A DNA stretch of 64,000 nt from Puniceicoccales bacterium (GCA_031266455.1 JAISBA010000005.1:91819-155818), one strand, 5' to 3'; shown: positions 35,059 through 44,970, counted from the stretch's first letter. Notes: a model not told the origin generated them from the letters alone. A program made the numbers and translations.

Positions 35059-36900
35059 ATGGTTCATTTCGACACATATCGATCTCATTTGGGTCGGTTA
35101 TATTTTTTACAATTTATTGTCATATTTTTATGTATTTTATTGGGTATTGCCATTGTTTGGCGGCAGTGGATAGAAAATGGTATGTATAGTCAACTGGGGC
35201 AAAAGCAGTGCCTAAGACGCATTTTGTATCCGGGGACACGGGGATGTATCTACGATAAAACGGGGGAATTATTGGCAACCAACAGGGACATTTATTGTCT
35301 TTACGTAGATTTAAACTATTTTCGCAAAGATATGACACAATTTAATAGGCAGTCCAAAGATGCAGAAACGCAATCGGAACAATTATGGGCAATTGTACAC
35401 GACGCGCTACTGCCGTATGCGAAAACCATAGGCCCAATTCCATTTTCCGTATCCAAAAAAACTTTATATCGGCATTATTTGCAAAATATTCTGTTACCTT
35501 TGTCGATTGCAAAAGATTTGCCAGAGGCCATGTATGCAAAATTTGTAGAACAATTGCCTACGCATGGGCCCTTTCAGGTTGGCATAGAAAAAGTCAGATA
35601 TTATCCCTATGGTAGCGTTGCATGCCACGTTATCGGACACGTTACGCAAACGTCTCAATTGACGCAAGATGCCTTACCAGGAAATGATTTGAGGACTTTC
35701 TTTTTACCTAAACAAAAGGGGGCTACGGGCATAGAGGCCTACTATGATGACCAACTAAGTGGTTTAAATGGGGGTGATATATGGAGAGTAACGCCATCGG
35801 GGCAGGAACAAGCTTGCTTAATATCGTTACCCAGTGTGGATGGTAACGACCTTCATTTGACTTTGGATATTCAGTTACAACAGATGTGCGAACAAGCTTT
35901 AGGAAATCGTCGCGGAGCTATCGTTATTTTGGCGGTAGATTCCGGAGAAGTATTGGCACTCGTCAGTAAACCCGATTTTGATTTAAATGCTTTGACGCCA
36001 CGCATATCTGAAAAATTATTTCAAAAAATTACGGCGCAAGGAGCTTGGTTAAATAGGGCCATTCAAGGACTATATCCGCCAGGATCAACATTTAAAATTA
36101 TTACGTTGGCTGCTTTATTGCAAGCGGGTGTCGTGAATGCTCAAAGTTCGGTAAATTGCACCGGAAGTTATACCATTGGTAACCATGTTTTTCATTGTCA
36201 TAATCGTCAGGGACATGGATATATTGCTTTAGATAAAGCCGTTCAAACGAGTTGTAACCCATTTTTTTATCACTACGCACTGCGTTGTGGCCCTTCATTA
36301 ATTTATAAAGAAGCTTGGAAATTGGGTCTTGGTGATAGGACGCATATCGATTTACCTTACGAAACGCGCAATATGTTAGTTCCGTCTCCAATATGGAAGA
36401 AAAAACGCTTGCGAGAAAGTTGGACGGATGGCGATACGGCTAATTTTTCCATAGGACAGGGATTTTTAAGGGTGACACCCCTGCAGATGGCATGCGCAGC
36501 AGCGTCTTTGGCTAAAAATAAAAGGTGTTTGACTCCCCATTTGTGCTCTAATTTCGTCTGCGCAGAACATTCCCAAGAAGCCATTATGGCTCACGACCAT
36601 TGGCGTTTATTGTTGGAATGCTTGGAAAAAGCGGTTGAATCGGGAACTTCTCGTTTTTCACGTGTTCAAGGCTTAAAATCGGCCGTCAAAACGGGGACTT
36701 CTCAGGTAAAGATTGCGGGGACAAACCGATACGCGCACGTTGGATGGTTAATAGGATTCGCACCCTCGCAACAACCCAAAATCGCGTTTAGTGTTGTGAT
36801 TGAGCAGGAAGATTTGATAGAAGAATTTTGGGGAAGTCGTGTGTGTGGCCCCATAGCGCAAAAATTTCTCCAATTTTGTTTGGATCAGGGTAAAATTTGA
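35059..36900 (+). CDS. class B penicillin-binding protein (PBP2/FtsI-type transpeptidase)
   Basis: N-terminal TM anchor and transpeptidase motifs STFK (PPGSTFKIITLAA), SxN (TSCNPFF) and KTG (VKTGTSQ). Confidence 0.9.
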   Translation: MVHFDTYRSHLGRLYFLQFIVIFLCILLGIAIVWRQWIENGMYSQLGQKQCLRRILYPGTRGCIYDKTGELLATNRDIYCLYVDLNYFRKDMTQFNRQSKDAETQSEQLWAIVHDALLPYAKTIGPIPFSVSKKTLYRHYLQNILLPLSIAKDLPEAMYAKFVEQLPTHGPFQVGIEKVRYYPYGSVACHVIGHVTQTSQLTQDALPGNDLRTFFLPKQKGATGIEAYYDDQLSGLNGGDIWRVTPSGQEQACLISLPSVDGNDLHLTLDIQLQQMCEQALGNRRGAIVILAVDSGEVLALVSKPDFDLNALTPRISEKLFQKITAQGAWLNRAIQGLYPPGSTFKIITLAALLQAGVVNAQSSVNCTGSYTIGNHVFHCHNRQGHGYIALDKAVQTSCNPFFYHYALRCGPSLIYKEAWKLGLGDRTHIDLPYETRNMLVPSPIWKKKRLRESWTDGDTANFSIGQGFLRVTPLQMACAAASLAKNKRCLTPHLCSNFVCAEHSQEAIMAHDHWRLLLECLEKAVESGTSRFSRVQGLKSAVKTGTSQVKIAGTNRYAHVGWLIGFAPSQQPKIAFSVVIEQEDLIEEFWGSRVCGPIAQKFLQFCLDQGKI

Positions 36901-36908
36901 TTTTTTAA

Positions 36909-37796
36909 ATGCTAGAAAAATTTGAACAATTTCTTAAGCAGAGGGCGTACTCAAAGTATACCTTAAGAAACTATTTATCCGTTATTACGCGATGGATGAC
37001 ATTCCTAAAATCGAAAAATATTACCCAACCCAATGTCGGAACCTTTTTGTCGGAGTACTTATACATGCGTCAAAACAAAGCGGGTAAACGAACGCTGAAT
37101 AACGATTTATCGGCCTTGAGAACATTTTTTTACTTTCTAGAAGAACGTTTTGAAATGCCAATACCGCAGGAAGTTAAGGCGTTACGCCCAAAATTTGAAT
37201 CCAGACTTCCCAACTTTTTTACGATGGAACAAATTCAAATCCTGTTGCAAGCGCCGGACAAAAAGTTTTCGGCGGGTCAATTGTCAGACTTTTTGTGGCG
37301 CCGCGATAAAGCTATTTTGGAAGTTTTGTACGGATGCGGCATACGTATTGGAGAATTGACGCATTTATGTGTCGAAAATGTTCAATGGTCGCAGGGACTC
37401 GTACGTGTGCTGGGTAAAGGCCACAAAGAACGTTTAATCCCCGTAGGAAAACCTGCTTTGCATGCACTACAAAGTTTATACACGATGTACCCACCGAAAT
37501 CTTTGCAAAGTCCCCTCATTTTTAATGAACATAGAGGAGCCATTTCTGAACGTTCCGTCCAATTAATTATAAAACGCTATTTAATTTATGCCCATTTACC
37601 ACTTGAAATGACACCCCATAGTTGTCGGCACAGTTACGCAACGCACTTATTGCAGAGAGGGGCTGATTTGAGAATTGTTCAGGAATTGTTGGGGCATGCA
37701 CATCTATCTACAACCCAAAAGTATACGCACGTTGACATTGCGCATTTGCAAAAAATTTACAGTCAATCGCACCCCCAAAGCAAAAGGATTCAATAG
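36909..37796 (+). CDS. tyrosine recombinase XerC/XerD family
   Basis: An N-terminal SAM-like domain is followed by the catalytic C-terminus GCGIRIGEL...HSCRHSYATHLLQRGADLRIVQELLGHAHLSTTQKYTHV. Confidence 0.88.
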   Translation: MLEKFEQFLKQRAYSKYTLRNYLSVITRWMTFLKSKNITQPNVGTFLSEYLYMRQNKAGKRTLNNDLSALRTFFYFLEERFEMPIPQEVKALRPKFESRLPNFFTMEQIQILLQAPDKKFSAGQLSDFLWRRDKAILEVLYGCGIRIGELTHLCVENVQWSQGLVRVLGKGHKERLIPVGKPALHALQSLYTMYPPKSLQSPLIFNEHRGAISERSVQLIIKRYLIYAHLPLEMTPHSCRHSYATHLLQRGADLRIVQELLGHAHLSTTQKYTHVDIAHLQKIYSQSHPQSKRIQ

Positions 37797-37860
37797 ACAT
37801 TAATACAACGAAGGCTTTAACATATTTGAGGAAGTTTTTACCATTTTCTGCGCTATTGTG

Positions 37861-37889
37861 TTGACGCCTTGTCAAAATTTCATTTTAAT
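37861..37889 (+). promoter_or_regulatory. sigma-70-like promoter candidate TTGACG-17-TTTAAT, ending 6 nt before the ATG
   Basis: TTGACG lies at 37861..37866 and TTTAAT at 37884..37889. The ATG is at 37896 and has no Shine-Dalgarno. Confidence 0.35.
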
Positions 37890-37895
37890 ACTTTT

Positions 37896-38249
37896 ATGTC
37901 ATCTCCTATTAATTTTCAGCCCAGAGTTCCTCAGCAAGGCGAGATGCCTGAAGCTAAGGGAGTTGAGCATCCTCGTGGAGGGCCTGAGGTGACCTCATCA
38001 GGAACATCTTCACTTTCACATTTAAATGACTTGTCATCTAGATCCGATACTCCATCTTTAACCCAGATTGCTTCTCAGCCCAGTGTTACTCAGCAAAAAT
38101 CTAATGCAGCTGAACGTTCTCTAAAGTCTAGGTTGTCCTCTTCTAAAACACTCCAGTTTCAAACTTTAAACAACTTGCTACCTACACGCGATATTCTCCC
38201 CCTAGAAACTCCAAAAACCTTAAATGAACGGCATGTAAGCCTTCCCTAA
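37896..38249 (+). CDS. hypothetical Ser/Thr/Pro/Gln-rich protein, low complexity
   Basis: ORF 37869..38249 begins at TTG, and the first ATG is at 37896. The composition is dominated by S, T, P and Q, with no hydrophobic core or recognisable motif. Confidence 0.35.
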   Translation: MSSPINFQPRVPQQGEMPEAKGVEHPRGGPEVTSSGTSSLSHLNDLSSRSDTPSLTQIASQPSVTQQKSNAAERSLKSRLSSSKTLQFQTLNNLLPTRDILPLETPKTLNERHVSLP

Positions 38250-38390
38250 GGTAATATTTAAGTAATGCAAAAGAGGAATGATAAATCTGGGGGATATTTA
38301 CAAGACAATCACAAATCTATAGTTCTACATATCACTGAAATAAACTTCAAGCGTGGACGATTCTAAATAGCATTAGCCGATTAACATGCA

Positions 38391-40667
38391 TTAGAAAATT
38401 GAGACTGTTTTTTGAATGACGGGCTCTAGAAGTTGACGGGCGTACTTAAGGACTCCACAAAGTTTACACTTCTCGTTAGGAGTGTAGATTTGCTGTAGGG
38501 TGCAAGTAAAAAGTGATGGGCCGTCATGGCCGTGGAGTATAATTTTTAAGGAGCTGTGTTGCCCATTATTTAAGGCATGACGACTAGACGGAAATGGACG
38601 CGACTTTAAACTTTCTTCGCGTAAATTATCCCAACTAAGGTAATGCACCCAATTTCTATTTTGTAGCCATCGTTTTTGTTGATCTGTAAAACCATCCCAA
38701 TGGTATGGCCAGTTAAACAAACGTGCATAGATGTACTTTGAAAACGTCCAACGATCATTGTTTTTTAAAGTTGGCTCCATTGTATTTTTAACGTAATCGT
38801 AATAGTCGAGACACTTTTTTTGAGCCAGCTTGTCTTGTATTAAAAATCTATTGAATGCCGGTTGTGATAATAGGTTAGGTTGAATGTATGCGGCTAATCC
38901 TAACCATTCACTGGCCAGACTGAACTGATGGCAATAAAGCAAAACAGCCACAAGTTGTATGTAAGCCAATGAATTGTAGGGAAATATTTGAATGGCTTCG
39001 CAGTAACATTGAAGAGCATGCCGATAATCACCCAATCGTGTGTATAAAGTTCCCAAATTTTCCAGTACATACGGCTGCCAGGGATTAATTTTTAAAGAGG
39101 ATTCAAAATAATAAATAGAATGTCGTATGAGCAGATTGGATTGAGGATACCCTTTTAAGGCAAAAATATTACCCGCCTGATTGTAATAGTAAAGGTTGGT
39201 AGGGTCCGCTTCAATGGCTTTTGAGAGTTCTTTCTCACTTTTTTCCAATTGTGTATAAGTTTGTTGAATAAACCTACGGAAGTGGTAACGGCCTTGGATA
39301 TCTCTATAACTGTAAAAAAAGACCGTACCCACCGTTGCAAGAATCAATAATTTTACTCCCAAGGTGGTTAGGGTGTTAAAATGCCGTTTTGCGGGAAAAT
39401 ATTTGAAATAAATCGTCCAAAGTAGTCCAACAATCAAGCAGAGGGTAGCCGATACGGCAAATACATCCCAAGACCATTCACTGATAAAACATACATAGGC
39501 GAACAAGGATAAACCGAGTCCTGCAACTAGAAATTTATCCGCAGCAGGGACTTCTTGCTTTTTTAATAGACGAAAGCTCATTTGAAAACTTGCAAATGCC
39601 AACGTGCACAGTCCTAAAAATCCAAATAACCCCCACTCAATTAAATATTGTACGGGAGCCACATGCAATTGCCAACAGTGATGCAAATCGGTTGGATAAG
39701 ATTTTAAATACAAAAGTGGGGTCGTTGTAATGCCGTGGCCTATCCAGGGACTATCTTTAAAAATTTTGAGACCATCTTGGGCTAAATGCCAACGCTGGTT
39801 TTGAAATAAAGATTTTGGATTAACAAACAAACTTCTAATTCTTGGGCTTCGATATCCCATCAACAGCAATAATGCTAGTAGACAGAGGCTTATCTTAATA
39901 GTTTTTGATTTTGAAGCATGCATATGGCTTTTTAGGTACAAACTTAATGCCGTTACCGTAGTTGCCATGACGCATAGGTAAGCCATTCTGCAACCAGATG
40001 CTTTTAAAAGTAAAATGGAGAGTAAAAATCCTATACCCCAAACGATTTTCCATCTGCGTAAGGACTCCCACATAAAAAGTCCTGCAAAAAATGAGTAGAT
40101 AAGTGTCGCAAACAATCCCGTATAATTCGCGTAATCAAAAGGATTTCGCATCTGATATTTATCCAAAATAGTGAGAAATTTTATGGGATTTATTAAAAAA
40201 TTCGAGGCTATATGTTGCCAAGGGTAAGTGGGGCCAATCTTGAGTTCATTGCAGGCGAGATAAAGGCAAATACTGAAGTATATAAAAAAAACAAACGTCA
40301 TCCCCAACAAACGAACGAAAGCTTTAAAGTTGTGTTTTAGGCAGGAGCAAAAAAGGAATGCCAAAGACATGGAGGCGAGCGGTATGTCGAGTTCGGAAGC
40401 GGATCGAACGGGATAGGGTCCCCAAAAGATAGAAGCCAGAAAGGCAATCAAGAGGAGACTAAAGCCAATGACAAGGGATTTAGGGAAAGAACCGGAAAAA
40501 AGGCATATCCAACAAGTTCCTAACGCAATAATAACGAAGTAAAATGCTTTAAATAAATAAGCGTATTCCAACGCAAATCTTCTTGCGGGATAGATGGCAG
40601 CGAGAATGAAAAATAATCCACAGAGAAGTACACCTAAATCAAATTTCGTTTTTCTCACCCACAACAT
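38391..40667 (-). CDS. polytopic membrane protein, O-antigen ligase (Wzy_C)-like domain fused to C-terminal TPR repeats
   Basis: About 450 aa of TM helices include a loop of the type seen in O-antigen ligases/polymerases (SPWIGHGITTTP). They are followed by TPR-like repeats (YYYNQAGNIFALKG, LGTLYTRLGDYRHALQCYCEAIQIFP). Confidence 0.65.
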   Translation of the reverse strand: MLWVRKTKFDLGVLLCGLFFILAAIYPARRFALEYAYLFKAFYFVIIALGTCWICLFSGSFPKSLVIGFSLLLIAFLASIFWGPYPVRSASELDIPLASMSLAFLFCSCLKHNFKAFVRLLGMTFVFFIYFSICLYLACNELKIGPTYPWQHIASNFLINPIKFLTILDKYQMRNPFDYANYTGLFATLIYSFFAGLFMWESLRRWKIVWGIGFLLSILLLKASGCRMAYLCVMATTVTALSLYLKSHMHASKSKTIKISLCLLALLLLMGYRSPRIRSLFVNPKSLFQNQRWHLAQDGLKIFKDSPWIGHGITTTPLLYLKSYPTDLHHCWQLHVAPVQYLIEWGLFGFLGLCTLAFASFQMSFRLLKKQEVPAADKFLVAGLGLSLFAYVCFISEWSWDVFAVSATLCLIVGLLWTIYFKYFPAKRHFNTLTTLGVKLLILATVGTVFFYSYRDIQGRYHFRRFIQQTYTQLEKSEKELSKAIEADPTNLYYYNQAGNIFALKGYPQSNLLIRHSIYYFESSLKINPWQPYVLENLGTLYTRLGDYRHALQCYCEAIQIFPYNSLAYIQLVAVLLYCHQFSLASEWLGLAAYIQPNLLSQPAFNRFLIQDKLAQKKCLDYYDYVKNTMEPTLKNNDRWTFSKYIYARLFNWPYHWDGFTDQQKRWLQNRNWVHYLSWDNLREESLKSRPFPSSRHALNNGQHSSLKIILHGHDGPSLFTCTLQQIYTPNEKCKLCGVLKYARQLLEPVIQKTVSIF

Positions 40668-40753
40668 ATAAGCCGTAGGATGATATTCCTTTGTTAGAAG
40701 TCAAGGAAGAATGCGAGGAACATCCCTAAAGTAAACATGATCGTTGCACAATT

Positions 40754-40781
40754 AAAAAACGCCTCTTAGCAAAGAGGCGTT
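40754..40781 (-). terminator. rho-independent terminator after the Cys-rich protein gene
   Basis: A perfect 10-bp stem AACGCCTCTT-AGCA-AAGAGGCGTT (40758..40781) is followed on the minus strand by a T-run (plus-strand A-run 40754..40759). Confidence 0.8.
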
Positions 40782-40828
40782 ACTTTTCGAATAACGATTA
40801 GGGTGAATCACTTTTCAATTTAGAATTA

Positions 40829-42202
40829 TTAAAATCTAAACTCTATATGTGTACCTCCTGGGTTCGGATTTCTGCAAGTATGGAGGGGAACTATCGAAGG
40901 TGAATAAGTTGTGGTGTATTGTATACCCCCAGGTACGCTTTGACTCGTCACATTGTAGACAGGCTTTTCGTTGTTGGCTATAGTCTGGGCTTTTTCAGAT
41001 ACCAAATTTATCAACGGACTGCTGCTAGGATTACTGTCTGTTAAATTAAATATTCCGAAGATGGCATCCCTTCCCGTTAACATGGGCAGTTCAATTTGAT
41101 AATATCCTATGGGTCGAATCTCAATTCCAGGGAGTGTTTCTCTATCCACAAAAGTATACACATTTCGATCGTAATTCGTTACGCTACTTTCAAAAAACTT
41201 ATATATGGGGTTGCTGGGGTCTATATGTCTGAAAATTTCGGCAATAAAACTGTGCACTTGCGGGCGTACATTAGCGTAATTTGTCTGTGAAAAACTAAAT
41301 TGAATCGTATTTCCAAAATCGGACTCAATGTAGCAGCGATACAACTCAAGCAACCATAAAATTTCGTTTAAAGATACCTCTCGTATTTGGCAAATGTGAG
41401 TGAGCAATTCGGAAACCGGTTGGCAAAAGTTGAGTTGCCAATACTCTCCCGCTTCCCTCAGCGATGCAACGCCCAAGGTGGCCCTAATATGCCTTCTGAT
41501 GGGTCTCCCAACGCATCTATCTACGTACTCGGAGAAAGTAATCACTTTTTCATTTACCATACATCTTGATAGGCCACAGCTGAGTACCTCACACATCGTA
41601 CGCAACCATCCCAAACCCGAACAACAACATACCTCGATGGCAGCTCCGTCGCAGGTACAGCAAGAATCAAGATACCTTGCCACATGTTCTTGCGAGTGTA
41701 CCCTATACGACACTGCCTGATAATAATAGGGCATTTGAGGTACTTCACAACAACAACCATAGCCTGCAAGAAATGTATTCAGCATTTCTGTGGGTAATCC
41801 CAACCAAGGGTCATAATTCCCGTACTGCCAGTCGTATGGACTACAACAATCGTAAGGGTGCTTACGGCAACAAAGCTGATTATCCAACCAACAACCTATG
41901 ACAATCGGTGAACCTGAGCGCACATTTCCACGCGGACCCCAACCTTCGCGAGGCGCAGCTTCCGTTCTTTGGCCATCTAACCCGATGACACCGCCGCCGC
42001 CACAATTCCTGTAAGCATCTTCCAGACTACTTCTGAAATTATGAAAGGCATTGATAAAAAGTCGGGCACTTTCTTGCCAAGCGGCGCCTTGGTTAATCGA
42101 ATCGTTTGCCTGCTGAACGTCACTTATTACGTCGCACCATATACATTTACTTTGTAGGCTAAGTGCAATTGCACTTAAAGCGGTTAATGTTTTTATTTTC
42201 AT
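40829..42202 (-). CDS. exported cysteine-rich protein
   Basis: Signal-like N-terminus MKIKTLTALSAIALSLQS. About two dozen Cys are present, many in CC/CCC runs (LCCRKHPYDCCSPYD, GYGCCCEV, DSCCTCDGAAIEVCCCSG). No known family recognised. Confidence 0.6.
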   Translation of the reverse strand: MKIKTLTALSAIALSLQSKCIWCDVISDVQQANDSINQGAAWQESARLFINAFHNFRSSLEDAYRNCGGGGVIGLDGQRTEAAPREGWGPRGNVRSGSPIVIGCWLDNQLCCRKHPYDCCSPYDWQYGNYDPWLGLPTEMLNTFLAGYGCCCEVPQMPYYYQAVSYRVHSQEHVARYLDSCCTCDGAAIEVCCCSGLGWLRTMCEVLSCGLSRCMVNEKVITFSEYVDRCVGRPIRRHIRATLGVASLREAGEYWQLNFCQPVSELLTHICQIREVSLNEILWLLELYRCYIESDFGNTIQFSFSQTNYANVRPQVHSFIAEIFRHIDPSNPIYKFFESSVTNYDRNVYTFVDRETLPGIEIRPIGYYQIELPMLTGRDAIFGIFNLTDSNPSSSPLINLVSEKAQTIANNEKPVYNVTSQSVPGGIQYTTTYSPSIVPLHTCRNPNPGGTHIEFRF

Positions 42203-42300
42203 AAGGTTTTATATTTAAAAATTTAAAATCCTAAATCTTTTCCGGCCTGATTTCGCACAATGTATATTATGTCTAGTTTTTGCTTCTTGCATGTACTCCT

Positions 42301-43614
42301 TCAATTCACCGGCCTCCGACATCTAAAAAAGTAAATGGGAATTCCACTTGCGATCATTATGCCTAAAGCCGAGAAGTTAAACCAGTCCGAATTGTACAAA
42401 ACAAAACAGCAAAAAATTAAAGCAAAAGCACTGACGGATACCTGTAGAACTGATTTTACCTTTGTCTGATACATAAATTTCATGTGTGCCAAAACGGTAG
42501 TCATGTAAAGAGCTATGTATACGACAATCGACATGTCAAGAAATGCATTTATTTTATCGGCGAACAAAGGTGATTTTTGCAAAACCAGTATTACAATTGT
42601 ACCCATTGCACTGATCCACAGCGCACATCCCGGAGCTCCGTGGCGATTAAGCTTTGCAAAAATCCCTGGAAATAGACCTTCCCTAGCCGCGGACTGTGCA
42701 ATCTGGCCGCTAAAAAACACCCAGGCATTCAGAGATCCTATACATATCAAAAAGGTTGTTATGCCTATTAGATTGTTGTAGGTTCCTCCGAACAATATCA
42801 ATAAAATTTTTGCAAAGGGAGCCGCTTCATTTTCCAATTGTGCTGGGTGAATCACACCGAATGCCGCAACCGTATTGAGTATACAAATCATCGCCACGAA
42901 TGCTGTTCCAAGGACAATGGCCAAGGGTATGGTTTTTCTGGGATTATTGACCACCAATGCCGGCGATGTCCCCTCTTCAAGCCCAACAAATCCCCAAAAT
43001 GATAGAATCGTCGCTTTTATGAGGGTATCTGCGACAGAAGCATTCGCAGGTGTAAGCTCTGCGAAATTTTCAAAATTTATTCTTGTGAGAGCAATAATCG
43101 GCACAACAATCAGTGGAATAATCTTGATGGCCGTTAATACGATCTCCACGTTGCTGGTCACTTTGATGCCCCTTGTGTTCAATAGCGTTAACAATACAAT
43201 AATCGTTATTTCCAACATCAATTTTTCCATGGGAGACAAAACACCCGTTATGGACATTAAATAATTGACCGCTATCGAGATGACGATCGGGTTGCATGCC
43301 CAGGCACCACACCAGTATACCCAGGTAACAAAAAAACCCACTTTTTCTCCAAAAAACATTCTGGCGTATATGTGAGGTCCCCCTACCCTTGTCGTCTTAA
43401 TGCAAAGAAATGAGAACACCAAAGTAATTAGAATGGCACCCAAACACCCCAAAAGCCACCCGCCCAGTCCCAGTGTCCTGAATTGTGCCATTTGCGCAGG
43501 CATTAAAAAAGCAGAGGCCCCCAATTGTGCCCCAATAATCATAGAAACCAATCCTAAAAATCCGATTTTAGATGTCGCATTACTTTGAGGTTTCATATAT
43601 CTTTTTCGTTCCAT
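42301..43614 (-). CDS. APC-superfamily amino acid permease/antiporter
   Basis: 12-TM-type protein with GFLGLVSMIIGAQLGASAFLMPAQ, an APC N-terminal signature region. Start placed at ATG 43614, with an alternative at 43596. The first 35 codons of the ORF look non-coding. Confidence 0.85.
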   Translation of the reverse strand: MERKRYMKPQSNATSKIGFLGLVSMIIGAQLGASAFLMPAQMAQFRTLGLGGWLLGCLGAILITLVFSFLCIKTTRVGGPHIYARMFFGEKVGFFVTWVYWCGAWACNPIVISIAVNYLMSITGVLSPMEKLMLEITIIVLLTLLNTRGIKVTSNVEIVLTAIKIIPLIVVPIIALTRINFENFAELTPANASVADTLIKATILSFWGFVGLEEGTSPALVVNNPRKTIPLAIVLGTAFVAMICILNTVAAFGVIHPAQLENEAAPFAKILLILFGGTYNNLIGITTFLICIGSLNAWVFFSGQIAQSAAREGLFPGIFAKLNRHGAPGCALWISAMGTIVILVLQKSPLFADKINAFLDMSIVVYIALYMTTVLAHMKFMYQTKVKSVLQVSVSAFALIFCCFVLYNSDWFNFSALGIMIASGIPIYFFRCRRPVN

Positions 43615-43944
43615 AACTTTTACACATCTCCCCCAAATCTGTGTCAAGGGAAAATTAAAACTACTTCCATCATTTTCAACGGAGATCCAACATACTACCT
43701 TTACTACGACTGAGACCAATGTCCGACAACGTTACAAGGCAATATCTAGTACTCTCCTCTATTGTCAAGAATAGCTCCGCTGCTTAATCTCAAAGGAAAA
43801 ACTGATAATTACGCTTAGCTGAATGTTCCCAAAGTGTGGTTTAGAACATGCAAAAGACGTTAATGGCATTATTGTTAATCACTTTACATGCAAGTGAGTT
43901 TGCCGTTCTCATCTAGAGAAATATAAGCGACGCTCTTTTTAATT

Positions 43945-44098
43945 GGAGCCTAACTTTAGGGGCATGCATGGATCGATTGGAAATGAGTTTATTACAACTT
44001 TAATTTAGAAAAATATTTCCGATATGCTTGATATATAATCCATTATATGCTACCATAGATAAGATTGTAAATTTTTCCAAAATAGAACAGGAGATAAT
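43945..44098 (+). repeat. upstream cassette copy M3 (internally deleted)
   Basis: The distal block (AACTTTAGGGGCA...TCGATTGG) and proximal block (AAATATTTCCGATATGCTTGATAT...TTTTTCCAAAATAGAACAGGAGATAATATG) match M2. The proximal ~25 nt and the first codons are identical to copy M2/P2. Confidence 0.7.
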
Positions 44099-44956
44099 AT
44101 GCAAAAAACAGTGTGCATAATTATAAAAGCGGGGTTTGTAGCAGCAGGTTTGATGGGCGTAGTTACCCTCAATGCTTGGCACTGCGAGCATTGTCAAATG
44201 GAACATGAAGGTCCAGTTTGTCCCATAAGCGGGAATTCTCCGGGTGGCTCTAAATACGATAGCTGGGAAGATGAGGTAAATCCTGAGGATGAGAAAAAGG
44301 TGTTGCAAGAGCTGAAACAACGTTTCAAAGCACGTTCACAAAAGCGAAGGAAAGGTTCCGTGCCACATTTACCGAGGGATGCGTCTCCCGATACTATTCC
44401 TTCTACATTGCCGCTGGTAGGATATATGCCCAAAGGCACTCCGGTTTATGATTCGTTAAAGTTCGAAAACGCATACGTAACTGCTGCGCGCAGAAGAGTC
44501 ATAAAAGTTGCAGGTTGTTGGGTATATTGTACGTCTATTCCTGGTATATTTGTAGGAGAAGGAGTGGATGAAGTTTTGGATGGCGACGGAAATCCAATAC
44601 AACCGGTAGATAACTTGGCCGATGATCGGCCTGTTTACGAAACTCCATGGCAATCAACACAATACTTTGCTTCTTCTGATTGTCAATATTTTACCCTAGA
44701 GAATCTCCCCGATTATTCTGAAATAGCGACCTATATTCCAGTTGTCGATGTTCTATTTTTTCATGGCCGTTTTGTATATAATAATTATGAATTCCGTGCT
44801 TTCCGACGCGAGGATCATGATGGAGTTTTTTTCATCAGAGGCGCTTATTTCGATGGCAAGCAATGGATTGACAAAAATACGGGTAAAATTTACATGAGTC
44901 CAGAAGAGATGCCTCCACTCAAGTTCGATTTAACTACTACTTCCTCTTTTTTTTAA
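44099..44956 (+). CDS. CCHC-knuckle family protein P3 (long form with charged linker)
   Basis: N-terminus MQKTVCIIIKAGFVAAGLMGVVTLNAWHCEHCQMEHEGPVCP. The C-terminal block FFIRGAYFDGKQWIDKNTGKIYMSPEEMPP matches P1. It also has an inserted K/E/R-rich linker (QELKQRFKARSQKRRKGS). Confidence 0.7.
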   Translation: MQKTVCIIIKAGFVAAGLMGVVTLNAWHCEHCQMEHEGPVCPISGNSPGGSKYDSWEDEVNPEDEKKVLQELKQRFKARSQKRRKGSVPHLPRDASPDTIPSTLPLVGYMPKGTPVYDSLKFENAYVTAARRRVIKVAGCWVYCTSIPGIFVGEGVDEVLDGDGNPIQPVDNLADDRPVYETPWQSTQYFASSDCQYFTLENLPDYSEIATYIPVVDVLFFHGRFVYNNYEFRAFRREDHDGVFFIRGAYFDGKQWIDKNTGKIYMSPEEMPPLKFDLTTTSSFF

Positions 44957-44970
44957 AATTCCTCATAACT

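Noticed and set aside
36909-37796. Tyrosine recombinase as a possible genomic-island integrase near tRNA-His
   Set aside because: Its size and the C-terminal RHSYATHLL...LGHAHLSTTQKYTHV are canonical for chromosomal XerC/XerD. It follows the PBP gene by 8 nt in the housekeeping block and is 3.4 kb from the tRNA on the far side of thyA-folA-PBP.
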